Source: Antedon mediterranea (taxonomy: Eukaryota > Animalia > Echinodermata). From it: a DNA stretch of 64,000 bases. Positions 1 to 16,489 of the stretch are shown here, in pieces. The position numbers and the translations under genes were made by a program. The stretch's first letter is position 1. Each line of letters begins with the position of its first letter. The DNA lies in the NCBI RefSeq assembly GCF_964355755.1, contig NC_092677.1, positions 10,686,101 to 10,750,100 of the forward strand. The letters are read 5' to 3'. The notes below the pieces were generated by a model, which saw only the letters and a list, made by a program, of their open reading frames with translations, searched no databases and was not told where the DNA came from.

Positions 1-47
1 TAAACTAAAAATCCATTGGCTGACAGCTTTAAATTACAGTTTTTCAG

Positions 48-172
48 GTAAATAAATTTTGTTCCTAAGATCCAATTTTTATTCAAAATGGATAACTATT
101 ATGTGACAATAAAATGGCTTATTTGACAACAAAACTTGTAAAAATTATTTTTTAGGGGACAATACATCTTTG
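48..172. mobile_element. Right-end fragment of a Kolobok-like MITE (same family as 14939-15443)
   Basis: Ends in GGGGACAATACATCT, the same terminus as 15430-15443. Internal similarity to that copy (CAGGTAAAT; ATAACTATTATG). Confidence 0.5.
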
Positions 173-601
173 AACGTTTTACACAAATATTAATACACAA
201 ATGAGGCGATTGTACAAGGCAACTACTAACGAATCTGTAATCACAGATTGTATGCTACAGATGCTTGATTTCTCAACATCTTTAAGATACAGTGATTATT
301 TTAAGCATGTACAGTATTGTTAATTTCCTGCATATATATACAACTTGCAACACATAACAAAATGAATATACTTAACAGAATATAAATTTAAACAAAGCTG
401 AAATATGCTACCACAATACAATTAGTTCTACTGAAGACCTATTCATTTGTTGATGATGTCTTATATGAAGTACCTAACGGCACTGAAATAGGCCTACTAT
501 TGGAACGCAGCAATTTAGGGTGGGAAAATCATAAGTCATTTTATAGACATTTACAAATCATTCAAGTTTTGTTTTGTTTGTTTCTTTTATTCTTGATACA
601 G

Positions 602-3600
602 TGCCAACAACATCAAAACCAAAGATCATTGAAGCAGCAGAAACTGGTGACCTCAGACTGATAACACAGATCTTAGATGAAGACCCCACACAGGTCGATA
701 CTGTGTCACCAGAGGGGGCAACGTCGCTTATGATAGCAGCTATGCTTGGGAGGATTGATATAGCTAAGATGTTACTACATCGTGGAGCAGATATTAACAA
801 ACAGGATTCTAAGAATGGTTGGACTTCTCTTATGCAAGCCACATTTTTTAGGTAATTATATTACATAATATAAAATAATCATGAAGGTTTGAGTTTGGAG
901 GAATGGATTGTAAATTTGTAATCAAATAATAATAATATCCCGGATTTATAAAGCGCCTGATGTTGCGAAACCTAAGCGCTGTACATATTACCCTGGACAT
1001 TTTTGGATCAAACGTGTATGGAAACATAGTCATACTCCATAATGCAGGTAGTAATCAGCGCAAACGTGTGTCTTGATCTAACCAGGTACCTATTTGTACA
1101 CTTGGGTGGAGAGAAGCAGCTTAGTAATCAGTGCAAACGTGTGTCTTGATCTAACCAGGTACCTATTTACACTTGGGTGGAGAGAAGCAGGTAGTAATCA
1201 GTGCAAACGTGTGTCTTGATCTAACCAGGTACCTATTTGTACACTTGGGTGGAGAGAAGCAAACATAAATAAAGTATCTTGCCCAAAGATACAAGCAATG
1301 CAACAGGAGTTTGATTCGAACCACACACCTTTACAATGATACAAAATCTTTTAAGCTACCTTACATTTTAATTAAAGGCACACAGAGTTTGTAAAATTTC
1401 TCTTGAATCAAAATGCCGATGCCAGCCTCAAGGCCCAAGATCGATGTACAGCCCTTGATCTGGTTATATGTTTGCGTAAGTATCTTATTGTTTTGTACAT
1501 GTTATTTTTTCCTCTGGTTAAACAGACATAGGGAACATACGCAAGGCCGTAATGAGAGGTTAAAAACAGACAAGGCAAATTTGCTTTAAATATAATAATC
1601 AATTATATAATATGATGATCTGTGCTGGAGAATTGGTGGTAAAAATTGAAAATGTCAGACTAGGCAAGCGCTTTGTGTGCATCATGCTAGCTACGGCCCT
1701 GATACAGTAACCTATAACCACATAACTATTCTCCAGCTTTTATATTGTATTCCTACGAAATGTTTAAATATAACTTGTTGTTTTTTTTCAGCTGATTCAG
1801 ACACTGAATTGACACGGATGTTGGCATCTGCAGCAATGCCTGTCCAGGGTTCTGCTGCCTCATCACGCTCTCCAAAAAACAACACTGGTTCGGGAACATG
1901 GCTTACAAAATCTGACAAGCCACTACCAGATGAGAAGCCAAAAGGAGGATTGAAGGTAGGCCTATTAGTTTTATGTTATCTAGTTTTCTAAGACCACCAT
2001 TTAATTATACCAGTATTTTATCCTTCAGATGAAATGTTAAGGAGATGGTGATGTGTAGCACATGATCAATGTGTAAACAAATTGGTGTCACACCAAAATA
2101 CTTTAATTTAACAAAATTGAGCATTACAGTTTGCAATTTCTATTCTTTTTTATTTTAATTTTTAGCCCATTAGTAATCTTTAAGCCTGCTTAATTATCTA
2201 TCTCATTAACATAAAATCAACAAAAAAAATTGTAAAATTCGGAATGACCCTGTTTAACAATTAATGTTAGGCTTTGTCAAAATTTAAACAAATATTATTT
2301 TCGTTTTGTTCTCAATCTAGGCATGGTGGAATCGGTTATCAAATCGTTTCCAAAATCTGAAGTTGTCTCGGACGTTAATGTCTGGCATGACAACCACTAA
2401 ACTCACTCCATTCCATGATGAAAACAACGTGACTGATTCCGCTGTATCCATCGACAAAGAGAAGTCCGATGCAAGCATACAAAGAAACGGAAAAAAGAAA
2501 AGAAAATCCAGTGAACAAAAAGATGATTTGTTTTTGAAATCCATAATAAGTAAGATAGCAAAAAAATAGTGTAAAATACAATAGAACTGTACATCTAGTC
2601 CTAATCTTTATTAGGTTCTCTACAATCCCACGGCAGCCACTGTGCAACACCTACAACAAACGGCAGTGTCTAAGATGTACTAGTACATGGTGTAACCCCC
2701 TACTCTTTCGAAAGATGTACTGGGTTCTTTACAGTGCACATGAGCCAGATGTGTATGCTACACCAGTTTTAATTCCTTATCCGAGAAGATTGTTCTACCA
2801 CCAGAACAATGGTTGAGGAGTGACTTGAACCTGTGCCGATTGTATAGATTTATTTATTTATTTCAACCATATTTAATGGGGGTAATCCATCCAGCACTTC
2901 CTGATCATTTGGGACCCTCAGAACAGATACAATACACGACAATAACAGTAAAGTTAAGGAAAAACAAAAGCCTATAAAAAAATTAATAGATATGGTTTGC
3001 GGTGGAGCCATGCCTTAACAGCAGTAAACACATAAACACATTTTTTCTTTTGGAAATGTACTGCGTCTTGATTAAGTTGCAAAAGAGAAATTTATAAAAG
3101 AATTAGCATTATTTGTAACTATTTTTCAGGTAATGATAGTGGGCTGAGTAGTACGAGTCAATCCATTCAGTCTTTGGTATGTATGCTGCTTCTGCCTCTT
3201 AAAAACTAGTCTGTATCAAGTTTGTCAAATCAAATTAAATCAACTTCGTTTGTTTCATTACCAGGCATACATTAAAAAGTCATTAAAATCATGCAAACAA
3301 AAAAATTAAATGTAATTCTTGCAGACAGACTAGATTTAATGTTAACACATTTTTACAGTAAAATTTTGTTTTCAAAGTGGTTGTTTTCATGAAAATAACA
3401 CTTAAATGAAATCCTTAAAAAAGAAATGTTTCATTCAAGTGTGATTAATTCAACTCAATTGAAATTAATCTTTGATGGTTATTCATTTTATTTCAGTCCA
3501 TCTTATCTCCAATGAGTACATTCCAAAGTGATAAACTCTTGCCAGTTGTTCCGCCATTTCATCCGCCACCGACCTTTGACCCAAATGATCGCTCTAAACG

Positions 3601-6119
3601 TCCAATGAATGCATCAAGAACGTCCCTGTCAATGCTTGCAAATGGCAAGGTAAGTTAAGACACCTTTGCACTCTCTGCTCTAAAGCTATATCTATCAAAC
3701 TAGGTTGACAAAAAAAAGTGTGATGTGCCAATATATGGTGGTGAGATGCCTAAATATGGTAGTGATATAAGATCATTATGTTCATATATGGGCACATCAC
3801 AAAACAATGTAATCAAAAGCTGTTTTTTTTTCAAAATGTTTTTTATTTTTCCATTAAAAATCCTTTTTTATCTTAGAATGTTGGTCCTAGACAGCCTCAT
3901 ATGAAATCAAAGGGTCTATTCACAAGGCCACACAACAAAAGCATTAGCCCGTCCAACTCGAACAACTTCAGCACAACCACTAGTCCGAACTCATCAGGTG
4001 GGGCTAGCAGCATAAGTCGACTACACAAGCCTACTAGGCTACCCGGTAGTCATAGCAAGATTAATAGTGAATCAAAACATGGTATGTATTAAATGTATTA
4101 GATTCTATAATATCACAAACATGTGGATTGTAGTTACGTTTTACCTTTGTCCTGTGAGTCATAGTTAAATGTATAAAAATCATGTTTGTGTATTCTTATA
4201 GATTTTTACATTAATAAGTTTGTTTTTTATTGATTATTGTTCTTATTACTCTTCTTGTATTATGTACAAAACAATATTGTTGTTATTGATATATAAAATA
4301 ACATGATTCATGTTCTTTCAGGGTTAGAAAGTCCAGAATCTAAAGCATATCCAGACATTGCCTTCCTACCACAGTCTGCCTTCAAAATAAGTCCAAAATC
4401 ACAAGTTAACTTCAATGAGTAAGTTTGATTTTGAACATTATTGACTACTGAGATCTTTGTTTCAATACCTACCTGTAATGTTTCCTCTGTAAACATACAG
4501 ATCTTCTCTCTCCCCAAAGTAATTTTTCAGGCCTCTCCAACTAATTTTCAGAACCCACTCCCAAACTAATTTTCAGGGCCCCCTCCCCGACTAATTTTCA
4601 GGCCCTCCCTAACTAATTTTTAGGCCCTCCCCAACTCATTTTTCCAGCCCTCCCCACCCTGATTTAGTATACAGTAGTCAATTACTGACACTTCAGAAGG
4701 GTTAACAATATTCATATTGTGTCTTCCACCTACACTTGACCTCTTGACCTTATAGACTTTACAATACCTTATATTTTTACTGTATATTGATATATTTTAA
4801 TCTTTGTACAATCCAACAGGCCATCTTCCCCAGTTTCACCAACATCTCAGACATCAGGACTAAACAACAGTTCCACTTCCTCTACAATCTCAGGCTCTGC
4901 AACTCCGTCCAAGCAACGACCTCTTAGCGGTACCTCTCTTGGTAGCACGACACCCACCTTGACCCCCTCACCATCACCATCTCCTAAGGGCAGACCAGGA
5001 TCAAATCACAGTTCAGCTAGCCAAGCCAGCTCAACTCTTCAACCGAAACATAGCTCAAGTAGCGGTGTTAGTGAAGATGGTAAGATTCAATTTAGTTTCT
5101 ACCAGGCAAACACATTTCTTTATTAGCCATAAAATACAAAAATACATAGTCCAAGATGGCATGGAATGACCACATTTTAAGATAAAACTTTGACCCTCAG
5201 GCCGGTCACTCCGTACTGTACTGTATACAAACATTCAGGAGTGAAAATATAATCTCCTAGGTGGAGGTAATTAAAGAAAGTATTATGTCTTTAAGCTCTG
5301 TCTACACTATCAAACTTTATGTGACAAAAAAACGTAATGTGCCCATGGACATGATATTGACATCATAAAACTCTCATTCTTCAATGATTGTTTGCATCTT
5401 TACTTATTCATTGTGATTTTATTTCCCCCTAGACGAGTTGTCGGCGTTACTTAGAAAATTGTCCCTAGAGAAATATTCACCAATATTTGAAGAACAAGAG
5501 GTATATTACTCATTTTATTTTGATTCTTGCATTTAATGGTGTAACAGGGATTGTAACGGCACATTGAAAACTGAATGATAATGATGGAATTTTACTATTT
5601 TACTTGGAAAGTCAATACAATTGTGGGAAAACCCAATTATGTAAAACTGCAAATCTATCTTATAAAATAACATACACACGCCCTTTAAACATAGTGTTAA
5701 GGCTAAGTTGTGTCTTGACCTTATCAGGTACCCATTTGTACACCTGGGTGGAGAGAGGCATTCGTAAATAAAGTTTTTTGCCTAAGGATAACAAGCAATG
5801 CATTAAACCCACAATCTCACGATCAGTAGAACAATGCCCAACAAATTGCACCACACTTAAACAATACATAATGGCATAAGGGGAATATTATTATTAGTTT
5901 TAATATATAATTTGAATATACAGTATATATTTAATAATATTTATTGACTAATAATTTGTATTGACTATTTTAACATTATAGGTGGACATGGAAGCATTCT
6001 TAAGTTTGGATAAGTCGGACTTAACTGAGCTCGGGATTAAGCAGTCGGAACCACAAAGTCGTATACTACTTGCAATTAATGAACTCAATTCTGGAAGAAA
6101 TAGAGATTTCAAAACATAG
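602..6119 (+). CDS. ANKS6: Ankyrin repeat and SAM domain-containing protein 6, 3' part (5' exons lie upstream of the window)
   Basis: Phase-consistent GT-AG exons 602-851, 1378-1475, 1792-1955, 2321-2549, 3130-3176, 3497-3649, 3877-4081, 4322-4418, 4820-5079, 5433-5500, 5982-6119 (TAG). Encodes ankyrin repeats (GATSLMIAA, GWTSLMQAT), DTELTRMLAS, KGGLKAWWNRLSNRF, SDKLLPVVPPF, TPTLTPSPSPSPKG and the SAM domain [30 protein letters not shown]. All of these match vertebrate ANKS6 motifs as I recall them. Confidence 0.93.
925..1325 (-). mobile_element. tRNA-derived SINE (Deu/Nin-like central domain) with an internal 3x ~72-bp tandem repeat
   Basis: Minus strand has a B-box GGTTCGAATC (~1322-1313), then TCTTTGGGCAAGATACTT and CTCTCCACCCAAGTGTACAAATAGGTACC, and an (ATT)n tail near 925. 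Related pieces at ~5715-5830 and ~24480-24550. Confidence 0.65.
2612..2845 (-). mobile_element. SINE fragment (possibly Meta-domain type)
   Basis: Minus strand has a GGTTCAAGTC B-box and GCACTGTAAAGAACCCAGTACATCTTTCGAAAGAGTAGGGG. The TTGTTCTACCACCAGA block recurs at ~35515. Confidence 0.45.
4520..4655. repeat. Degenerate ~22-25 bp minisatellite (TAATTTTCAGGCCCTCCCCAAC)
   Basis: About five to six imperfect tandem copies in an ANKS6 intron. Confidence 0.75.
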
Positions 6120-7377
6120 GTTATCAAACTAGTGTATAACATTAACAATGGCCTATGCTTTGGAGTATTATTAACAGTATAACGGTATTGGTTATTTATG
6201 AACACTGGTCAGATGTTTGCCATACTATGACGTAATTGTACATTTATGTACATATTGAGAACACTTCATAAAAAAGTAATTCTCGGGTGAGATTCTAGCC
6301 CATGACCTCAAGATCAGATCACATCTCTAGACCACTGAGCTTGCGCTGATGGCTAGGGTTGGAGCTGACCAATTACATAGCTTCCTGACGCAGAGCTACT
6401 TCACAGTAGTTATCCCTATCACTGTATACACAATTTTGGACTATAATGTACTTTCCATGTAACAGATTACAACGGTACCAGTGGTAAACAATGCATTGAG
6501 TTACCATAGACAGGCTTGTACCCTTTTGAAAGTTAGGTCAGGTACGTGAGGGAGGCAGACTCAGACTCAGACATATACCAGCACATTTTGGTAAAAAAAT
6601 TACTCAAAATGATATTTTGGCTTATACATATGTATGGACAACACACTAGATGATGTGGTTATTATTTTTTTAAATATTAATAAATAGGATTTATGGATTT
6701 TATAATATGAATATTAGCATAAAGCTTTAGTACCTTGATAAAAAGAATATATGAACTAGCACCTTGATGGTTTTTCTTTTTTAAATTAAACAAAATCTAC
6801 AAAACAAGACAAATTTACAAATGGCAGGGAAACTAGACCAATAACATTTTTAAAAATACTATTTAATTTTTTATATATTAAAAAAAATTCTAAATATATA
6901 AATAGTTAGTACAACTACTTAAGTAAATTCAATACATTCTATAAGGGGTGTTTATTTATATATTCACAGTATTTAGTTACTTTTTTTCTAGATAGAAATC
7001 AACCTATTATAATATAAATTGCATTATCTGTGAAAACAGCGATTTTACTCAGCTCATTTTATACTGGTTCAAACATTATATCAACTCAATTTTATTCAAA
7101 TTACAATTAAATGTTAGGTGAATTTAGAGTTAGTTTTAATATGCATTGTCATAAACATTCTGTTTCAACTCCCTCAATAATTTAAATGAATGCCAAATAT
7201 TCTGTTTGGCAGGAATAATTAATGTAGAAATGTGTTTCATGAAATAGGAGTATTTTTAGACAACTGCTAAGTTCAGAATTGTATTAGTTGTATAGATATA
7301 TATGCAAATACTAACCATATTTATATACTTATTAAATTATAAACATGAGTATTGTTTGTTATTAAGTATCACAGATT

Positions 7378-8884
7378 TCAATTACAGAGACGGGTGGTAA
7401 CGGTGGTAACAATATAGAATCTATGTTATTCCTTATGGCCATTTACACACAAAGTGGAGCGGATGGGCAGCTTCCGGTTAGGACAGATACAGATTTGACA
7501 TGGGACAAGCTACGTAGTTTTCTGTTACTAGAGGGTGAGCTCGCTTCGCTCGCTCCCCCTCTAGGAAGTGTAGACGATGGTTCTTGGAATGATAATGTTC
7601 TCCTTATACATTTTCTGTCGGTTACCATTATTGAAAATGCTTGACATTCGTAAAACTGAACTACTTTGTTTCACAGTGTTTTAGATGATTAATAACATTT
7701 TAAAGTATAGTTTTTATTGTTTGGTAGGGCCCTTTGAGGAGGCGGAGGTCATTTGAGGGAGGTGCTTATTCGAGGGATATATGTTAAATTTTTTAGTTCT
7801 AATAATATGGTAACATTTATAATCAAATGAAATCCTCTCATAGATATGAAAAGTGGTAAAAAAGAATAACAAATGCTTGGTAAATTGCAGATAACAGTGC
7901 GGTGAATTCTACTACAAATAGTATAATTGTGTTATTATAAATATGTGAATGGACGTTTATTAGATAGTTGGGTTGTGTGGGGGGGGGGGGGGTTATTATT
8001 CAAAGTGATGTTTTATTGGAGAGGCGTTTATTCAAATGAATACCATCCTAATAATTATTAATATATTATTTAATTTAATCATCTTTTGAAACTAACTGCC
8101 GTGACAGAGTGGGCCCAAGAAAGAAGACATTACGGCTTGCAACATGGCCAGACATCTCGGTCCTAACGGGACACAGGAAGATAGCCTACAGTTATTCCTG
8201 CAAGCTTACTCAATAAAACTCAGCTATCGGGATTTCACTCGAAAAATGTCAAATCTCCCTATGTAATTTTATAATACTATTCCCCACAATATATTCTGAT
8301 TCTTTATGGCGTATATTTAATTTGATCTTTATTAATTTGCAGTATAATTCCTATTATTTAACTACTGTACCTTCACACACGTGTGGTATGTTTTAAAATA
8401 AACAAAAAACTGAAATGGCTATGATTAATGGCCAATTTTTTTTTTCGTCTTCCAAAGGGACACTGTATTGATTGATGGAAAGTGCCTGTTTCCAGTCACC
8501 TTTAGGGTCAAATCTATTATTTTAACTGCTCCCTTGTGTATAAAAGAGAGAAAATATTTGAAACTAAGGTGAACTTATCTTAAGCCCGGAAATTACTTTG
8601 ACCGGGAAGAATTGAAATTGAGAGGAAAATCCAATGTTGAAATCATAAATGTTGTTAAAAAACTCTTTATAATATCTTCCTAAGATATAAATATGGAACA
8701 ATAGCGTCGGCGTGCACACTAATGTTATCAAATCTACGTTTCGCGGTACATCTCGAATAGATAAGGTAGGTATCCAAGGCGGAGATTTGTAGAGAAGTTT
8801 TTGCATTGTGCTCGCCTATGTCAGAATTAACCATAATTTATATATAGATACTGTAGTTGCCGCTCGTCTCTGTAAATTGGCCTT
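7378..8884. mobile_element. Harbinger-like MITE (family of 29914-30081) split by a 1.3-kb insertion (7496-8823)
   Basis: 7378-7495 matches the reverse complement of the 29914 copy up to CAGATACAGATT. The terminus CGTCTCTGTAAATTGGCCT resumes at ~8865-8883. Confidence 0.6.
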
Positions 8885-9108
8885 TCCACATTGACAAGTC
8901 TCTTAAAATATGTGTGGTTAAAGTAGGGGTACAATTAAATCGACACAGGAGTAAGATGTTTACCCTTGTGTACTTGTACATCTCAACCCTTGCCCCTCAT
9001 GGTAGGTCACTGTGGGTCCATGGAAGGTCAAATTCAAATTTAGGACAAATGATGTAAAGCAAACAAAACTTCTTCCAGTTAACAAATTTATTCACATTAA
9101 AAACTTAA

Positions 9109-9250
9109 AGCTCTGTCTACACTATCAAAACTAGTTTGACAAAAAAAAAGTGTGATGTGCCCAAATATGGTAGTGATATGACATGTCCATATGTATATGG
9201 GCATATCACATTTTTTCGTCACATAAAGGTTGATAGTGTAGAAAGAGCTT
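9109..9250. mobile_element. PIF/Harbinger-type MITE, ~140 bp, the most abundant family in the window
   Basis: TIR AGCTCTGTCTACACTATCAAA...TTGATAGTGTAGA(C/A)AGAGCT, flanked by TAA/TAA. Other whole or partial copies at ~3682, 5294, 9306, 10141, 11983, 23178, 24324, 26572-26711, 41277, 57160. Confidence 0.8.
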
Positions 9251-10311
9251 AAGAACAGATTACAATAAAATGGTGCTAATATACAGATTCCAATATACTC
9301 TACTACACACTTTGTCAAACTAGTTTGATAGTGTAGACAGAGCTTATGTAAAAACTATGAAAAAGTGAAATTAAAACTTTATTATTCTTGGTAAAAACAC
9401 CTACTGTACCATGGAACAACCTAGAACCTTTGCAAGCTAGTATTAGCTACAGTATGCCTCTTTAATCTATATAAGTCAACCACTTACCAAATTAAAATAT
9501 TATACATACAATAATTGATATAATTCCCTTCGTTCTTATTTGACAAAGTTTACCATGCTATTTATAATTTTCTTGATCTTACTGGCAATAATTATATAAA
9601 AAGTGTTAGTCATCCCATAAAGTGTTAGTTATAAATATATTTTATTTAATTATACATTTCATCTAATTCTATATACTCTAATCCTAAAAACAAAATAAGC
9701 TCACTTGTGAAAAAGATGTTTAAACAAATAAACCAAATTGTGTCGTATATCACATTATACGGTGAAAACATTTTTTGGAAAACTTGATTTTTATCCAATA
9801 CCATTTTCAAACTAACGTCAATAGTTACCCATTTCCGAAACAGTGTGAAAGGATATAAAGCCTAGTCTACACTAGCAAAGTTTAGTGTCAATCTCAAGAG
9901 TTTGGCAATAAAAAAATGTTGAATGTTTGCAAGTGTTAAACCAGTTGGCAAACTACGGAAAACTAGTTTGCTGAGGTTTGTGAACTCAACCAATCAAATC
10001 ACAGTCTTTGTGGTCATGTGATCCTGCAGGTAACCAAATTATAGCTCCCAGTAACAGAGACTATAGTTTTAAACAACTTCTCCAAACAGAACAAAACAAA
10101 CAAAAGTTTAGTAAAGTTTGCTAGTGTAGACTAGTCCTATAGACCAAATATGGTAGTGATATGACATCCTCATCATGTCTATATATGGACATACTGTATC
10201 ACATTTTTTTCATCACATAAAGTTTTGTAGTGTAGACAAGGCTTTACACATGTTGCTGTAACATGCTCAAATGGTGTTGGATGAAAGGCACCAAGCAGGC
10301 ACACGTTCCTG

Positions 10312-10413
10312 TTATGCTTTAGAACTGAAGACCAACGTCAGGAACTGTTCATACGAAATATTGATCCAGCCATTGCGATTGGTGTCATACATCTTGAAAG
10401 AGTTTGACAAGGT
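10312..10413 (-). CDS. PDCD6: PDCD6 alternative (distal) terminal exon 5b encoding EF5: TLSNSFKMYDTNRNGWINISYEQFLTLVFSSKA*
   Basis: Strong acceptor TTTCTGTTTCAG at 10414. Phase 0, matching exon 4 (ends CAG|GTAATT). 102 nt, the same length as exon 5a, and a clear paralogue of it. Confidence 0.85.
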   Translation of the reverse strand, partial: TLSNSFKMYDTNRNGWINISYEQFLTLVFSSKA

Positions 10414-10732
10414 CTGAAACAGAAATGAACATAAATATTAATTTTACACAAGATATGCATATTAAATAGGACATTAGACTGGAGGTCCAGTGAACACATC
10501 TGGCTTGTGTACACTTTCAAGAACCCAGTGTATCCAGCCCCTGTCGTGGACAAAACAAATGAGCACAGTTTGGTGGAAGCTTGACACAAAGGTAGATGGT
10601 ATTATTAAACAAATAATTTATCTTAATATAAAACATGCATCAGAATTGGAATTATATTATTGAACTCATCTTTAATACAAATATTTCTTGTTAAATGATA
10701 AATATATTGTTAGTTTGTTTATGTTTCAATTA

Positions 10733-10954
10733 TCTCAGACAGCATCGTACGGCAAGGCTCGATACGACGCCTTGTAGGGAGAAAGTCAAACATGTTTAAA
10801 GTTCTTGCGACGACCTTAAAACTATGCCTGACGCTATCTCAAGACGACTCGCGGCACTATCTCAAGACGACTCATCTCGTCGGGATTCAACTCGGCCAGC
10901 ATCGATGAGTCAGAACGGTTCGTCGGGCCTTGTCGTACAACTCTGTGTTGGCCT
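10733..10954. mobile_element. Harbinger-like MITE (family shared with 60427-60566)
   Basis: Shares CAGACAGCATCGTA, AAACATGTTTAAAGTT, CTATCTCAAGACGACTC and a TTGGCCT terminus with the 60427 copy. Confidence 0.55.
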
Positions 10955-11333
10955 TTAGTAAACATGTTTAGATTAAAAAAGAGGGGATAAGGATGGGAAT
11001 GGACACGCCTTTATCTCTGATGTTGTTAGACACTGCAAGCAAGTCAATCAATAGAATTTATGATTTTTTTTTTACAGAGAAATATGAGACAGGGAAAACC
11101 AAAAGTGAACTAAATCATTACTGTCAAGTGGGAACCCTTAATAATTAAAAACTTTTAAAATATTTTCAACAATATGTGATGATAGGACCTCTAAAGACCA
11201 GAGAATCCAATATAAACATGCTCTAGGATTAAGAGGAGAAATCCTTCATCTCTAATTTGTTAGTTTTAACACCGCAAACAAGATAATTTTCTTTTCAGAA
11301 CTTTTTGCATTTTATACCATTGGTGAGTTTCTG

Positions 11334-14651
<3,318 letters not shown>

Positions 14652-14938
14652 ATTTTAGGGGGTTTTATTAGCTAGGCCCAGTCCTGGTTCCCTCTTTCTC
14701 TGGTAGCAGCAGCTCACTGTGTGTCGTGTAAATGGAGCATTCTCTACTTCTCTACGGAACGCCATTTATGCCTTTATTTACTTCAGAAATAGAAATAGTA
14801 CTACTTACCAGGGAGGTGAAATGTTTTCACCTCCCTGTACATACAGTACGGGTCTAACTAGTGGATCAAATTTGGCACCGTTGGAGCACAGTGATAGAAT
14901 AGAAATAAGTCACTAATTTAAATATATTTTCGTATATT

Positions 14939-15443
14939 AAAGTATTAATGTATTGTCCCTTGAAACAAAAACAAAATGAAAAAAAAAATATTCTAAATTT
15001 AAATTGGCCATATCAAAGTAATATTAAAGTTATTCACTTTAATTCGAAAATTCGAGCCAAAAACAACAAGTTTACGTAATTAACAGGTAAATTAATTTGA
15101 TTACATTTCGTCTGGAAAATCGTCACGAGTGAAAGTAAACAAATATTTCAAACCATCAGTTGAGAAGGTGTTTTCAGACAGATCGCGAAGAAGTTTTATG
15201 ATTATGCATACAGAGTAGCCAACCAAACAAGCGCGTTGCATTATGAGATATGTTTTGATCAAAAACTTTGACTGGAAGTCAAAATTATTTTTTGAACAAA
15301 AAAATGTCTGTATTTCGGTTAAATTTTTCGACTAATTTTTGATGAAAGTTAATAACTATTATGATACTTCAAAATGACCCACCCTTTTTCGAAATATTAA
15401 AAAAAATGTTTGTTTTTTAATTAGTCAAAGGGACAATACATCT
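14939..15443. mobile_element. Kolobok-like MITE with TTAA target
   Basis: TTAA-AG..ATGTATTGTCCC at the left, GGGACAATACATCT-TTAA at the right. A short degenerate copy lies at ~27980-28088. Confidence 0.65.
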
Positions 15444-15697
15444 TTAATACACTGTGCTCAAGTGGAACCCGTTTGGCACAAGGGGAGTACAGTGATATAA
15501 AATAGAAATAAAGTCACAAAATGTTAATACAGTATCTCATTCGTATCTCACTGAGCTCAATGGACACGAGCAAAGCACAGGAATATAAAATAGAAATAAA
15601 ATCACTAAAATGTTATATCTCATTCGTATGCCAATTTGGCGCCAGTGGAGCACAGCGATATAACAGATATAAAGTACCTGAATGTTAATATATCTTT

Positions 15698-16439
15698 GGG
15701 TATTGCTAAACACCGCAAACCCCGCAAACCCCCGCAAACCTCCAAAAAAACATAGCAAACCCCATCGAACCAACATAAAAGTGATTGAATCATGTAGTGT
15801 ACAACCCACTGGGTATATCCATGTAAAAAAAATAATACATTTTTACTGTTAACTACTTATTTTTGGGGTAAAACATCATTTTTTGGTCAAAAATGATTGC
15901 TAAACCCCGCAAACCTCCAAAAAAATATAGCAAACCCCACCGAACCAACATAAAAGTGATTGAATCATGTAGTGTACAACCCACTGGGTATATCCATGTA
16001 AAAAAAAAAATTAAATTTCTACTGTTAACTACTTATTTTTGGGGTAAAACATCATTTTTTGGTCAAAAATGATTGCTAATTTTTAACCAAAAAATGATGT
16101 TTTATCCCCAAAAAAGTAGTTAACAGTAGAAATTTAATAATTTATATACCCAGTGGGTCGTACACTACATTATTCAATCACTTTTATGTTGGTTCGGTGG
16201 GGTTTGCTATGGTTTTTTTGAGGTTTGCGGGGTTTAGCAATCATTTTTGACCAAAAAATGATGTTTTACCCCAAAAATAAGTTGTTAACAGTAGAAATTT
16301 AATTTTTTTGTTTACATTGATAAACCCAGTGGGTTGTATACTACATGATTCAATAACTTTTATGTTGGTTCGGTGGGGTTTGCTATGTTTTTTGGAGGTT
16401 TGCGGGGGTTTGCGGGGTTTGCGGTGTTTAGCAATACCC
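15698..16439. mobile_element. Foldback element (742 bp) built of two direct ~190-bp units plus their inverted copies, 8-bp TSD
   Basis: Termini GGGTATTGCTAAACACCGCAAACCCC...GGGGTTTGCGGTGTTTAGCAATACCC. TSD ATATCTTT at 15690-15697 and 16440-16447. Confidence 0.9.
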
Positions 16440-16489
16440 ATATCTTTTCGTATGTTTATAAACTGTGCTCAAGTGGACCCTTTAAATAA

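Noticed and set aside
40-47. Possible ANKS6 micro-exon (TTACAG|TTTTTCAG|GTAAAT)
   Set aside because: The context resembles the interior of the Kolobok-like MITE (compare ~15083), and the translation does not resemble ANKS6.
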